Positions 1-11,529 of a DNA stretch of 64,000 nt are shown here, piece after piece. The stretch is from Rebecca billardiae RCC1528 (taxonomy: Eukaryota > Protista > Haptophyta). Made by a program: the position numbers and the translations under genes. The stretch is taken from contig OZ251224.1 in the NCBI GenBank assembly GCA_965240325.2, positions 1,612,001 through 1,676,000 on the forward strand, given 5' to 3'. The notes beneath the pieces were generated by a model. The model did not search any database. It was not told where the DNA came from and saw only the letters and a program-made list of their open reading frames with translations. Numbering within the stretch: the stretch's first letter is position 1; each line of letters starts with the position of its first letter.

Positions 1-1187
1 TCCTCGAACACCGCCAGCGGGCCGGAAGGCGGGCTCGTGGGCGCAAAGCACGGCATCTGGTCGCCGTGGCGGATCGCGACCAGCGGCATCTCCCCCGGCT
101 GGCAGTGCGCCCACGGCTCGCCGACGTCGCACGGCTCGAAGCGCACGGCGGGGTCCATCGTGTAGCACCACGCGCCCGCGTGCCCGTCCGGGTTGCGGCA
201 GTGGTTGTGCCCGCCCAGCCCGGCCCGAGGGTAGGTCGCGTGCGTGTCGCCGTGCACATGCGGCGCGCTCGACTCCCACGGTTGGCAGGCCTTGCCCGAG
301 GCGGTCACGTTGACCGTGCCCCTGTAGTCGGAGGCGTCGGGCTCGGCGTAGCACTCGCCCGCGCCGTGGAAGCAGTCCTCGCCGTCCCAGCCGCACTCGG
401 CCGTGTTGCACGCGCTGTCGCACTCGCCGTCGTCCACAAAGTCCTCCAGGCAGCCTGGGTTGCACCCACTGAACGTCTGGCAGTCCCCGCGGTCCCAGCC
501 GCACGCGGCGTTGAAGCACGCGGAGTCGCAGTACCCGTCGCCTGGCCACGTGACGTGGCATCCGGGGGCGCACTTTGCGTCGTCACAGTCGCCGCCATCG
601 TCGTAGCACCCAAGGGCCAGGCACTCCTGCACGAGCCGCGCGCAGGGGCGCGCCGACACAGGTCAAAGGCGCGCACGAGCAGAGACACGCGAGTGCGCGG
701 CAGAGAAGGGGCGCGCGCGCACTTGTTGGCAGACACCGTCGCCGATGAGGTCACTGGAGCAGCCTGGCGCACACTGGTCGTTGGCACGAATCTCAGACTC
801 GGCCAGCATGTACGCGCCGATCGTGTACTCAGACTCCTCAAAGCCGTAGACGGACATGTGCAACGTGCACGGCTCTGCGGTGCAGAAGAATGGCCGGCCG
901 CGCAGGAAGACGGCTTCCTCGGTGCCGATGTCGTCCATCACCCAGCTGGCTGTCATGCTATCGGGCATGGGATACATGAACGACGCGTACACGTCCGGAT
1001 CGCCATAGGATGGGATGAGCCGGACCTTCACACCGGCCGCGTCCTCGGGCACGTTGACGGCGTAGTACTGGAAAGAGTCCTCATTGACGAAGGCGGAGCG
1101 CAAGGTGCCGGGCTCGAGCACTTGCTCCGAGCCTGTTGTGCTCGACGCGACGGCGAGGACGAGCAGGGCGAGGAGAGCGCGGGCCAT
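1..1187 (-). CDS. Secreted protein: signal peptide + PPC-like beta domain + 3 LNR (Notch) repeats + kringle; runs off window start; exons 1187-723 and 626-<1
   Basis: MARALLALLVLAVASS leader. YYAVNVP..VKVRL..GDPDVYAS is PPC-like. Removing GT-AG intron 627-722 gives CAPGCSSDLIGDGVCQQECLALGCYDDGGDC, CAPGCHVTWPGDGYCDSACFNAACGWDRGDC and CNPGCLEDFVDDGECDSACNTAECGWDGEDC, then kringle CY..DYRGTVNVTASGKACQPW..HNHCRNPDG..AWCYTMDPAVRFEPC (translated by hand). Confidence 0.85.
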
Positions 1188-1351
1188 GGAAAGGCAAGTG
1201 TGCGATGGCGGGCGGGCGGAGGCCGGTCCGGGGTGGGCGGTCGGCGTGGCTCGTCGACGAAATCGTCGCGATCTTACTTCGATCTATCTAATAGTATGGA
1301 AATATTGTACCCCCATAGGCCCAGGGAGTCACGTGTACATGGCGACGCTCG

Positions 1352-2138
1352 CATGGACGACCTCGACGTGACTGCGCTGCTGCCCGAGGGGCTGTCGGAT
1401 CGTTGGGTGCGCCTCTACGTCCGCCTTTGGCGTGACGCAGCAAGGCTCACCGCCGCCGACGGCCTCCCGCGCGCGGTGCACATCTCCCTCCTGCCAGATG
1501 GGAGTGTCCGTCTGACGGTGTCTGTGCGTCCGCCTGATGCACAAGGGCCTGATGCTTCTCCACAGGGAACCCCCGCTGGTGGCAGCCAGCGGCGCGAGGG
1601 AGGTGGTGGCGCGCCTTCTAAAGCTCCCCTGCATCCCGCCCCGCGCCGAGCGCGCAAGTCGGCTCCGCCGGCGCGCGCGCTCGCCGCGCAGGGCTCGGGT
1701 ACTGGAGTGCAGGCTGCAAACGGCGAGCAGCAGCACTCTCAGAAGCGGAAGAAGAAGCCTCGGCGCGGGAAGCGCGGGCCTCGGCGTGACGCGCAAGGCA
1801 GGCGGATTCGATCTCCATCGAGCCGCCGCACCTCGTCGCGGCGCGCCGTCGAGAAACGCCAGGAGCGCAAGGCGGCGCGGCTGGCGGCCTCTCTGCCCGC
1901 AGCACCTGCGCCTGCTCCAGCTGCTGTCCCCCACGCGGACCGAGACTCGTCCATGGACGACGACTCGGACGACGAGGATGCGCAGCAGTCGGGGGCAAAG
2001 CGTACCCTGCACGCCGCAGCAGCGCCAGCCGCCGCCAGCAAGCCAGCTGAGCAGAGCGGCAAGCGCGCACGCGGCCGCGCAGGGCACACGGGGACGACTA
2101 CATCACCGCCGGATCACCCGCCAGGGCCCAGCGGCTGA
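1352..2138 (+). CDS. Hypothetical basic low-complexity protein (MDDLDVTALLPEG...), possibly ORF1/gag-like of a repeat
   Basis: Open frame from ATG 1296/1352 with a K/R-rich tract and an acidic patch. Its 3' part recurs, inverted and decayed, at 43687-44146. Confidence 0.4.
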
Positions 2139-2373
2139 GACGGCCGTCTGACATCCGGACCTGCACCCCCGCCCTCGCTCGGGGCACAGCAGGTCCATGC
2201 GAGCCGCGCAGCGCAGGTGGATCGCGCTCCAGCAGCTCAAGGCCGCGCTCAAGCCATTCGATCGCGGTTCAGGCTATGCTCTGCCACCAGCGCCGACTTC
2301 GTGTCGACGATCGGGCACTGCCGACGACGAATCAGGAGACCTGCGCCGTCCTACCTGTGTCGTTAAATCATAG
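1985..2373 (+). repeat. Dispersed repeat, copy A (copy B inverted at 43687-44146)
   Basis: Long near-identical match to the reverse complement of 43687-44146. Confidence 0.9.
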
Positions 2374-3498
2374 AATGGGTCGGAAGCGGGTGGACGGGCT
2401 GGCCAGGCCAGGGTACTCTGACCGGCTTCTCCCCTACACCCCTGGCTCGGGGGACGGCTGCCGTGGCGGCGGTGGGTGCGTGCTCGCCGAGCGTCCTAGC
2501 GGTCGATTGCGGGGCGTTCCGTGGCGGCACGCTGGGCGGGGCGGGCTCCAAGACGTAGGGGAACGTCGACAAAGCAGCCCACTGATGTCTCTCCTCGCTC
2601 GTCGCCCTTGCGGTTGGCGCGCGCAACCACTTGCGGGCTTGAGCTTGTGCCGAGCGGTCACTTCCTGCCAGCCGACTCGACATGTGGGGAGCCTGGGCGC
2701 GATTAGACGGCTCGGGGAGGTGGGGGTATGTATGCACAATGTATACGTACACGCCCGCTGGACTTCCGACCCCGCACGCCGCCTGAAAGAGGTCACGTTA
2801 GGCACGCGCCGCGCTCTCGCGTTTCAAACGGTGTGTGCCGCACGACATTACCAGAGTCACGGATCACTGATCGAGCTGCTTTTCTGGTCGCCCATAGCAC
2901 AGATTAGCCTACCCGACTAGCCCCATGCGTGACGGCCGGGTCTTGAGTGCTATGGCACCACTTGTAGCAGCTTCTTGCACGCTAGGCACTGCCACAAGCG
3001 CCGCGAGCCAGCTTCGTGAGCATTTGAACGCAGACACAAGGTGCCGAGGCAGTCTTCAGGGCGTGGCAATGGCATGGGAGTCAGCGTCTGGTGTTGTACA
3101 CGCAATGCGACGGCGCGCACACGCGCGACTACGTGCCACAAGGCCGGTGATACCCGCGAGCCGCCACGCTCACGCGCCCGTCGCTCCTCAAGCCGCCGCT
3201 TGGCGACTGTGGCGACGCCGCCCGGACTCAGCGTCGACACTGGTCGCGGCCTCCCGGACTCCAGGCGGGGGGGGGACCTGGATTTACCCGTCCAGGGGTT
3301 TAGGAGATAAGTCTGAGGGTAGGCCACCCGTTTTTAAATTCCCCTTTATAACGGGCTCCGGGTGATCAGGCTGGCGGCCGAAGCCTCCAGCCCTACCCTG
3401 GCCAGCACCCGTCCCAGCAGCCCCCTACATCAAGGCTCCCTGGTATTGAAAAATACCCGCAGCTATTCGTTACCAGCCCATTTCATAGTCACTGAGCT

Positions 3499-3522
3499 CA
3501 TGACCGTCCATGGACGGTCATG
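3499..3522. repeat. Perfect 24-bp palindrome CATGACCGTCCATGGACGGTCATG
   Basis: Read directly; lies in transposon-like debris. Confidence 0.85.
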
Positions 3523-4144
3523 CGCCCGCTGAGCCGAAGACGGGCTCACGGGCTTTCTGGGACGGGTGGTCAACCTTGAACCGCACAGGTCCTGTTTACA
3601 CACTAGTCAATATCACTAAGTAATTAGTACACTGTACTAATTCTATGATTTAAAGACACAGGCACGAGGGCGCAGCTCTCCTGATTCGTCTGTCGAAGTA
3701 CTGAATGGCGGAGTTAATGGAGGATGTCGGAGTACTGGCATAAGTCACTAAGTGACTACTCCGATATATATAACGGGCGATATTGATAACAGTATAAATA
3801 AACAGAGCCGAGAGCGCGCGTCAGACCCGGCCCGACGAGTCCCGGGCACGCCACCGTTTATTTAGCCAGTCCTGGCGGGGGGGGCGACATTCCGAACCGA
3901 CCGTCAGAATGGCGCCGCCTAAGCCTTTGCCCCGGCCCTGAGGCCGCACTCGGCCGAGTCGACTACAGTGTACTAAGATTTTACGTGCACACTTGGTTCA
4001 GGCGTGATCAATATTCCCATCCACACATTCGTAGGTCTTCGGAACTGACCGCTCGTGGAACCCCGGCGGCCATGGGCATACACCGCCGCTCACTCAGCCA
4101 GCCGGCGACTCGAGTCGAAGCTCTGATGCAGGATCTCGCGGCGC

Positions 4145-6638
4145 CTACTTGCTCTCATTCTCCCCCTCGGGGTCGACCCCGAGCACCTCGTGTGGCTCCA
4201 TCCCGCCCGCCGATGCACTCGCCATCGCCTCCAGCGCCTTGTCGAGCGGCAGCTCTCCGAGGCTGCCGCCGTACCGGGTGCGCAGCGTGAGCGAGCCCGA
4301 CTCGACCTCCGCCTTGCCCACGACCGCCATCACCGGGATGCGCTGCATCTCAGCGTTGCGAATCAGCTTGCCCAGGCGCTCGCCCGACTTGTCCACCTCG
4401 GCGCGCAGGCCGCGCGCCTTGGCCTGCGCCACCACGTCCGCGCAAAAGTCCTCTGCGTCGCCGACGACCGGGAGCAGCCGCAGCTGCACGGGCGCGAGCC
4501 AGTAGGGGAAGTCGCCGGCGGTGCTCTCGGTCAGGATGCCGAAGAAGCGCTCGATCGAGCCGAAGATGGCGCGGTGGAGCATGATGGGCTGCTGCCGCGC
4601 GCCCTCCGAGTCGACGTACTCGAGCTCAAAGCGCTGGGGGAGGTTGAAGTCGCACTGGATGGTCGAGCACTGCCACGTGCGCCCGATGGCATCCTTGATC
4701 TTGACGTCGATCTTGGGGCCGTAGAAGGCGCCGCCGCCCTCGTCGACCTCGTACGCCCAGCCCTTGCGCTGCAGCGCGTCGACCAGCGCTGTCGTCGCCT
4801 TCTCCCAGATGTCGTCCGAGCCTGCGGCGCGGGCGCGGGTGTGCGCCGCCGCCGTCAACGCGCGCACGGGGGCTCTGAGCGACCGCGAGAGCCATCAGGG
4901 GCTGGCACACGCGCGCGCTCTCGCAGCGCGGCGCGGCATCCACGGCGCGGGCGCACGCACCGACGCTCTTCTCCGGCCGCGTGGACAGGTTGATCTCGTA
5001 GTCGGCGAAGCCGAACTTGGAGAGGATCAGCTCGGTGAGGTCGAGCACGCCCAGGATCTCATCCGACAGCTGCTCGGGCAGGCAGAAGATGTGAGCGTCG
5101 TCCTGCGTGAAGCCGCGCACGCGGAACAGGCCGTGGAGCGTGCCCGAGCGCTCGTACCGGTAGACGGTGCCGAGCTCGGCCCAGCGCAGCGGCAGCTCGC
5201 GGTACGAGCGGAGCCCGTCCTTGTACACCTGCGCGCGCGAGGGCGCGCACGCGCGCGAGAGCGGCTGAGAGCCGCCGCCGCCAGCAGCGCGCGCGCCGGC
5301 GGTGCGCGCGCGCGGCGCGCGCGCGCACCAGCACGTGGAATGGGCAGTTCATCGGCTTGATCTGGTACTCCTCGTCCTCGACGTCCATCTGGTCGAACAT
5401 GCCGTCCCTGTAGAAGTCGAAGTGCCCCGACGTCTTCCACAGCTCGATGTTCGCCACGTGCGGCGTGTACAGCAGCTCGTAGCCCGCGTCCACGTGCGCG
5501 TCCTTCCAAAAGTCCTCGATCAGCCGGCGCACGCGCGCGCCCTTGGGGTGCCAGAAGACGAGGCCGCCGCCGGCCTCCTGCTGGATGGAGAAGAGGTTGA
5601 GCTTCTTCCCCAGCGTGCGGTGGTCGCGCCGCTTCGCCTCCTCCATCCGCCGCTGGTACTCCACGAGCTGCTCCTTCGACTCCCACGCGGTGCCGTAGAT
5701 GCGCTGGAGCATCGCGCGCGACTCGTCGCCGCGCCAGTACGCGCCCGCGACCGACTCGAGGTCGAGCGCCTTGGGGTTGATCTCGCCGGTGTGCTCGACG
5801 TGCGGGCCGGCGCAGAGGTCCCACCACTCGTCGCCCACGTGGTAGATCGTGATCGGCTCCGTGTCGATCGCGTCGAGCAGCTCGAGCTTGTACGGCTCCC
5901 CGAGCGCCTCGATGCGCCTGCGCGCCTCGTCGCGCGTCACCTCCTCGCGCGAGAGGGGCAGCTTCTTGCGGATGATCTTGTCCATCTCCTTCTTGATCTT
6001 CTTGAGATCAGCCGGCGTGAACTGCTCCGAGCAGTCGAAGTCGTAGTAAAAGCCGTTCTCGATCCACGGCCCGATCGTGACCTGCGCGTTCGGGAAGAGG
6101 CGCTGCACGGCCATCGCCATCACGTGCGCGCTCGTGTGCCTGATGCGGAGCAGCTTCTCGCTCTTCTCGTTCGTGGGCAGCTCGAGCGGGCCCGGCGGTG
6201 GCAACATCGCCTTCAGCTCGAGCAGCCGCGCCACCGCCGCGTCGACCTCCTCCTTTGGGCTCTCCGCCGCCTTGAGCGCGCGCACCTTGTCGCCCTGCTC
6301 CTTGATCGCCGCATCGAGCGCCTCGCCCTCGAGGGTCTCGACCGCCGATGTCGTCGCGCACAGGGGCCGGACGAGCGCGTGCTGCCTGCTCCGGCCGAAG
6401 AGCCCGTGCGCGCCGGGCATCGCGCTCGCTCGCACCATGGCGCGCGCGCGCGGCTGTGCCGCCCATGCCAGCGATCCGCTGCCTGCGACGACTGGTGCGC
6501 GCGGCGCGGCGAGGGACCGGTGGGGAAGTGGGATAAGGGGCGCGCAGTGCACGGCGGCGGCATACTCCGCGCCCTGCGCGCACCACGGGCCGCCGATACC
6601 CGCGCCGCGCTCGCGGCTAGCAACAGCATCAGCCTCAT
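4145..6638 (-). CDS. thrS: Organellar (probably plastid) threonyl-tRNA synthetase with N-terminal WHEP-like module; exons 6638-6566, 6482-5329, 5228-4961, 4821-4145
   Basis: [82 protein letters not shown]. Three GT-AG introns restore the frame; hydrophobic leader [12 protein letters not shown]. Confidence 0.95.
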
Positions 6639-6832
6639 GAACACGATGCGACCGACGTCACCGTGACGGACAGCTGCTCCTTCGTGAGCTTTCGCGGCCT
6701 TCATCATCGTGCTCGCCCCCGTCCTCTGCTGTGCGCCCGGACACCACGCGCCCGTCCAAGAAAAGAACGCACAGCTTGGCCAGGGCCACTCGCGGCGACC
6801 TCGAGATCACACGCACGGCACGCCGCGCGCTC

Positions 6833-8749
6833 ATGCCGTCGAGGGACGAGGAGAACCGCGAGCGGTTCGACGAGCTGATGGGCTCGCTCACGCCGGGCGC
6901 GCGCGCGCGCGTGACCGAGCTCCGGGCCGGCCGGCCCCAGGGCGCGCGCGCGCGCGCCGAGGCGCTCAGCAAGAGGGTGGCCGCGCCCCCCGCCGTCGGC
7001 GTGCCGCCTGAGTTCGAGGCATTCATCGAGCTGTGCCTGCTGTGCTGGCAGCTGCCCGGGCAGCGCAAGCGCAAGTGGGGGCTCTCGAGCAGCGCCTTCT
7101 CGAGCCTCGTCCTCGGCACGATGGGCCACGCGCGGCTGTACCGGATGCAGCTGCTGAGCATACTCGGCGAGCCGGGCAGCGCAGCGCCAATGGGGCCGAT
7201 GATGAGCCCCGAGGGGCGGCCGCTGAGCAGCAGGGACGGCGCGCTCCTCTGCGCCGCGCGCCGCGCGCTTCTGCTCGAGCTCCTGCTCTTCGCCAAGTAC
7301 AGCGGCCACGACGAGGAGCACGCGCTCTCGTGCCTCGCGTCGAACGAGGCGATGATCGATGCGCTCGCCAACCACGTCACCGACGCGCTGACGGACAAGG
7401 CGCCGCTCCAGGGCGCGCGCGCGGACGCGCAGCTGGCGCACGAGATCGACCGCGCGGCGCAGTTCTCCCTCACCATCTTCAGCTGGGTGCCCGCCGCCAA
7501 CGGCGAGCGCCAGATCCTGCTCGCGCGCCGCGGGACCACGAGCGCTGCCATCATCTGCGCGGTGCTCAGCCCGAACGCCTCGGCGGGCGTGTGGGGCTCG
7601 GCGTGCATCGCGCTTGCGAACGGCTTCGGGCGCGGGCTCAAGCTCAAGTGGGGCGGCATCGCCGCGACCAACCTCGCCGACCTCGGCCTCGGCGCCGCGC
7701 TCAACCGGCGCATCGGCATGGCGTGCGCCGCGCACGCCCGCGCCGCCGACGAGGACGCAGTGAGCGATGAGGACGCAGTGAGCGACGAGGCTCTGCTGTA
7801 TCTGTGCAAGGCGGTGGTGGCGACGGTGCAGATTGCCGAGGCGTGCCGCGACGCGGAGTCGACGCTCGAGCCGACGAGAGTGGGCGCGCCGCCCGCCGAG
7901 CACGCCGCGCAAGCCTTCGCGCTGCTCGGCGCGCTCATCACCAGCCCCGCGCTCGAGAAGGAGACCGCGCCGTTTCTCGGAATCTGCGTGGGCTCGGCCG
8001 ACCGCGCGCTCGCTGAGGCGGGGCTGGAGGCGGTGGCGGTGCTCGCGGTGAACGGGGCGGGGCTGTACAGCCACCTCGCCCTGGTCGGCGGGCCGCTCGA
8101 CCCCGTCGGGCCGCGCCGCGCGGGCGCCTTTGTGCACCCGGCGGACGTGGGCGCCGCCATCCTGCTCACACGCGCCTCCACGTCGGGCGCCAGCGAGATG
8201 CAATCTCCCTCGTCCGGCGCGACGCTCGTGGCGCACGTCGCGCACGCCTTCCGCAGGCTCGGGCCGGCGGCGGCCGGGCCCGCGGGCGCCGCGTTGCAGC
8301 AGCGCCTCCAGATGCTCCGCGCGCACTCGGCCGAGCTCGCGCGAGAGCTCGAGCACGCCGACGACGCGCGGCCTGGCGCGCCGCCGGCGGCGCAGGCCGA
8401 CGGCGGCTTGGCCGCGCCCGTCACCAGCTGCTCTGGGCCCAAGTGCGAGGCCACTGACCTCGGCGCCAACCGGCTGCTCCGCTGCCGCGGGTGCGGCGCC
8501 ACGTGGTATTGCGGGCGCGAGTGCCAGAAGCGGCACTGGAAGGCGGGGCACAGGGAGGAGTGCGCGACGCTTGCCGAGCAGCGACGATCGCGAGCGGGCG
8601 CGCGCGGGCGAGGCAGCGTGAGAATTTCTGATCGACCGGTCACCACTCACCGGAGGTACGTCACTGGGGTGAAAATCCCATTTTCTGGCCTGTCCGGGCG
8701 GAAAATCCGGCTGCTCAGATCCGCCCCGGACTGGACCCGGACAGCATAG
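6833..8749 (+). CDS. MYND zinc-finger protein
   Basis: Long ORF; C-terminal CSGPKC..LLRCRGCGATWYCGRECQKRHWKAGHREEC. First ATG 6833; start uncertain. Confidence 0.85.
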   Translation: MPSRDEENRERFDELMGSLTPGARARVTELRAGRPQGARARAEALSKRVAAPPAVGVPPEFEAFIELCLLCWQLPGQRKRKWGLSSSAFSSLVLGTMGHARLYRMQLLSILGEPGSAAPMGPMMSPEGRPLSSRDGALLCAARRALLLELLLFAKYSGHDEEHALSCLASNEAMIDALANHVTDALTDKAPLQGARADAQLAHEIDRAAQFSLTIFSWVPAANGERQILLARRGTTSAAIICAVLSPNASAGVWGSACIALANGFGRGLKLKWGGIAATNLADLGLGAALNRRIGMACAAHARAADEDAVSDEDAVSDEALLYLCKAVVATVQIAEACRDAESTLEPTRVGAPPAEHAAQAFALLGALITSPALEKETAPFLGICVGSADRALAEAGLEAVAVLAVNGAGLYSHLALVGGPLDPVGPRRAGAFVHPADVGAAILLTRASTSGASEMQSPSSGATLVAHVAHAFRRLGPAAAGPAGAALQQRLQMLRAHSAELARELEHADDARPGAPPAAQADGGLAAPVTSCSGPKCEATDLGANRLLRCRGCGATWYCGRECQKRHWKAGHREECATLAEQRRSRAGARGRGSVRISDRPVTTHRRYVTGVKIPFSGLSGRKIRLLRSAPDWTRTA

Positions 8750-9996
8750 TATCTAGGGACCAGGCAATGTTACAACTTCGTTCTCTTCGGATTTGAGCAT
8801 GGGGCGGCGCCCCATTCACACAGTCAAAAGATCGCGGTTGTAACATTGTCCGTGCTCGAGTTCAACGTAGCGGCCTGGGCGAATTAGTGAATTCAAAAAC
8901 AATTCATGAATTCACTTGCGTCCACGGCCGCGATGGCGTGCCGGTGCATGGCGCCGTCCACCCGCGACGGAGTCGTGGACGGTCATCGCTACACAGCCTA
9001 CGCGACAGGCGTTGTCGTGATCGAGGTGCCCGCACCCGTTGCCAATCGCCAAGCGATTGGCACGACGACCTGGCACCACATCCGCGTCAAGCGCGGCGAG
9101 GCCGTGGTCCAGCGCGTGTGCGCCAAGCTGGCCGATGTGCAGACGGCGGCGGGTGGCGCAGGGGCCCCTGCCGATGCTATCAGGCGGCTGCTGCGGGGCC
9201 TGCTGCCGTGGTCGAGCCTGAGGCAGAAAGCGAGTCGACCGTGGAGCAGCTCAACGCTTCCGAGCTCGAGCTGCGCGCGGTCGGACCAGATGACGGCCCG
9301 CGGCCGCCCAAGCGCACACGCAAAGACGCCCGAGCAGACGCGTTCAGTCCGAGCAAAGCCTGGTCGGCGTACGAGCGCGAGCCAGCTCAGACACAGCACG
9401 AGCGCACGCGTGACGGCTCGTACGACGAGCTCGTCGGCTTGGTCATCGGGCTGCTGTCGCTCGTCGCCTCGCTCGTCAAGTCGCAGTCAGCTGAGCACAG
9501 ACATCCCTCCCGCCGTTCAGCTGATCGACGAGGACGAGGCGGCCAAGGCGGCGGCGGCCCAAACGCCTGGAGGAGGCGCGCAGGAGGAGGAGGCCTGCGG
9601 GGCCCGCGCCGAGGCCAGGCACCGCGGCCAGCGGCTGCAGCCGCGGGTGGCTGTCGGACAGCAGCTTTCGGCGGCACACGCTCACTCATACGTCGATCCT
9701 CATAGTGAGTCTTGCTCGAGGCGGGGCAAGGGAAAGGCTGCCGCACGCGAGCTTGCTGAGCGTGCGCAGGCCGAGCCGCAGCTGAGCCCCGACGAGGGTG
9801 CTCGGGACGCCGCGTACGCAGATCTATGGTGATTCGCATACTACACCGCCAAAAGAATTTCGTCGCACTGCGTGCGCGCTTAGTTCTTTTATAATAAATG
9901 CCTTTTATTAGCCTTTTTTCGTATTAAATGGCGCTTTTCCGCCTCCCCAGTGCGGACGTGCGCCAGAAAATGGGAATTCCACCCACTGACGGCCTG
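8653..9996. mobile_element. Degenerate non-autonomous DNA transposon with imperfect TIRs and a frameshifted internal ORF remnant
   Basis: Left GTCACTGGGGTGAAAATCCCATTTTCTGGC..GGCGGAAAA versus right reverse complement GTCAGTGGGTGGAATTCCCATTTTCTGGC..GGCGGAAAA. No clean TSD; exact ends uncertain. Confidence 0.7.
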
Positions 9997-10242
9997 CTCA
10001 AACAAAGTGAGGAGCCTGCTGCTCGGCGCGCGCGCTGTATTTCGACAGCGATTACAACGACATGACGATGACTACTAATGATGAGCATGAAGTACCACGA
10101 TGACCGTAGCTAAGTACTGATGCCCTACCTGAGTACGACCTGCCGCTGATGAGTGATGAGTGATCCGCGGTAATCAATGGTGCTGCATCGCGGTCAACGC
10201 CACAACAGCCCGTAAGTCGATGAGTAATAATATTAACGCCGT

Positions 10243-11181
10243 TCAACCAGCTCGCAGCAGCAGCAAAGTCCTCAGCCCCATCGCGACGGTGGCGCCGATG
10301 GCCGTGTTGATGAAATTGACGACCTCGTTCGTGAGCCACCCAAAACGCCCTTGCAGCGTCGCGCCGATCAGCGACTCGCAGTTGGTCGCCACAAACGCCG
10401 CAATGATCGCGAGCGCAACGCCGAGCGGGCCGCACAGGTTCATCGCGAACGCGACGCCAGCGATGAGGATGGAGCCGGCGACACCGGCGAGCGTGCCCTC
10501 GAGGCTCACCGCGCCCTCCGTGCCGCGCGGCACCTGCTTCAGCGTGGTGATCAGGTAGGCCGTCTTCCCGTACGCCTTGCCGATCTCGCTCGCAAACGTG
10601 TCCGAGAGCTTGGTGGCGAGCGATGCCACGTACCCGACCTGGAGGGTCATCGAGAAGTTGGGCAGAAAGCAGCGGGCGAGGGCGCAGAGCGTTCCCGCAG
10701 CGGCGGAGCCCCACACGTTCTCGGGACCCCTCGCCCCTCCGCGCCCCTCTGCGATGCCGAGGGACTCCTTCTCCGCCTTCCCCACCTTTGTCACCACTGA
10801 GCCTGCGATCAAGTACACCACGCACAGACCCCAACCGGTCGGGCCGAGCGTCGACCAAAGAATGACGCCGAGCGCCCAGGCGTGGATCAGACCCGACGGT
10901 GTGAGCATCTTCTGGCCCTTCATAACGCCGATGGCGGCGAGGATGCTGTTCAGCGCGACGGCCGTGGCCACTGCGGTCGGCATCGCCTCGTTCGGGAAGA
11001 CGAGCCCGCTTGAGCCGCCAAGAACCATTCGCGGGGCCGGAGCGCGGTGTGCGCATGGCGTCCCGGCGCGCACAACCCGTGTGAAGCGCACGTGTGGGCG
11101 CGCTGACACGACCAGCGCCTCCGCGTTCGCCGTGAGGAGGAAGAGGAGCGCGACGCGCGAGAGCGCCCCGGCCGGCATCAT
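10243..11181 (-). CDS. VTE6: DUF92/TMEM19 family, VTE6-like phytyl-phosphate kinase, plastid-targeted
   Basis: GIAEGRGGARGPENVWGS, SLATKLSDTFASEIGKAYG, VPRGTEGAVSLEGTLAG, ESLIGATLQ, NEVVNFINT; signal-peptide-like leader. Confidence 0.85.
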   Translation of the reverse strand: MMPAGALSRVALLFLLTANAEALVVSARPHVRFTRVVRAGTPCAHRAPAPRMVLGGSSGLVFPNEAMPTAVATAVALNSILAAIGVMKGQKMLTPSGLIHAWALGVILWSTLGPTGWGLCVVYLIAGSVVTKVGKAEKESLGIAEGRGGARGPENVWGSAAAGTLCALARCFLPNFSMTLQVGYVASLATKLSDTFASEIGKAYGKTAYLITTLKQVPRGTEGAVSLEGTLAGVAGSILIAGVAFAMNLCGPLGVALAIIAAFVATNCESLIGATLQGRFGWLTNEVVNFINTAIGATVAMGLRTLLLLRAG

Positions 11182-11529
11182 CAGGATCACGGCGCCTCTG
11201 CGAACAGCGCGCGACCGCCGGTCATTCGTCATTTCGAGAGCGACGAAACAAGTTGAAAGTGGAAAGTGGGGCGCGGAACAGGACTGCTGAGCCGAACGTC
11301 CGAAGCGGAGACTCCCACTGCGCCGAACTGCGAGCGCCGCGCGCCAGCGCGTGCTCGGCCTCGCGCGTACGTGACGGCACCGGCACGGCACGCCGCCTGT
11401 CGCCTGCATTTGAAGTGATCGTCGAGGTGCTCGCGTGCTGCGCACGCGTGGCCGGGTCGAGTAGTCAACTGTCTTGACATTGATTAACGGGGCGGATGTA
11501 TCACGCCATGTGCAGCCGGGCGCGCCCGG

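Noticed and set aside
66-1295. 5' half of the 690-aa plus-strand ORF and the many other long overlapping ORFs
   Set aside because: Antisense or off-frame shadows of real genes in very GC-rich DNA; Arg/Ala-rich with no motifs.
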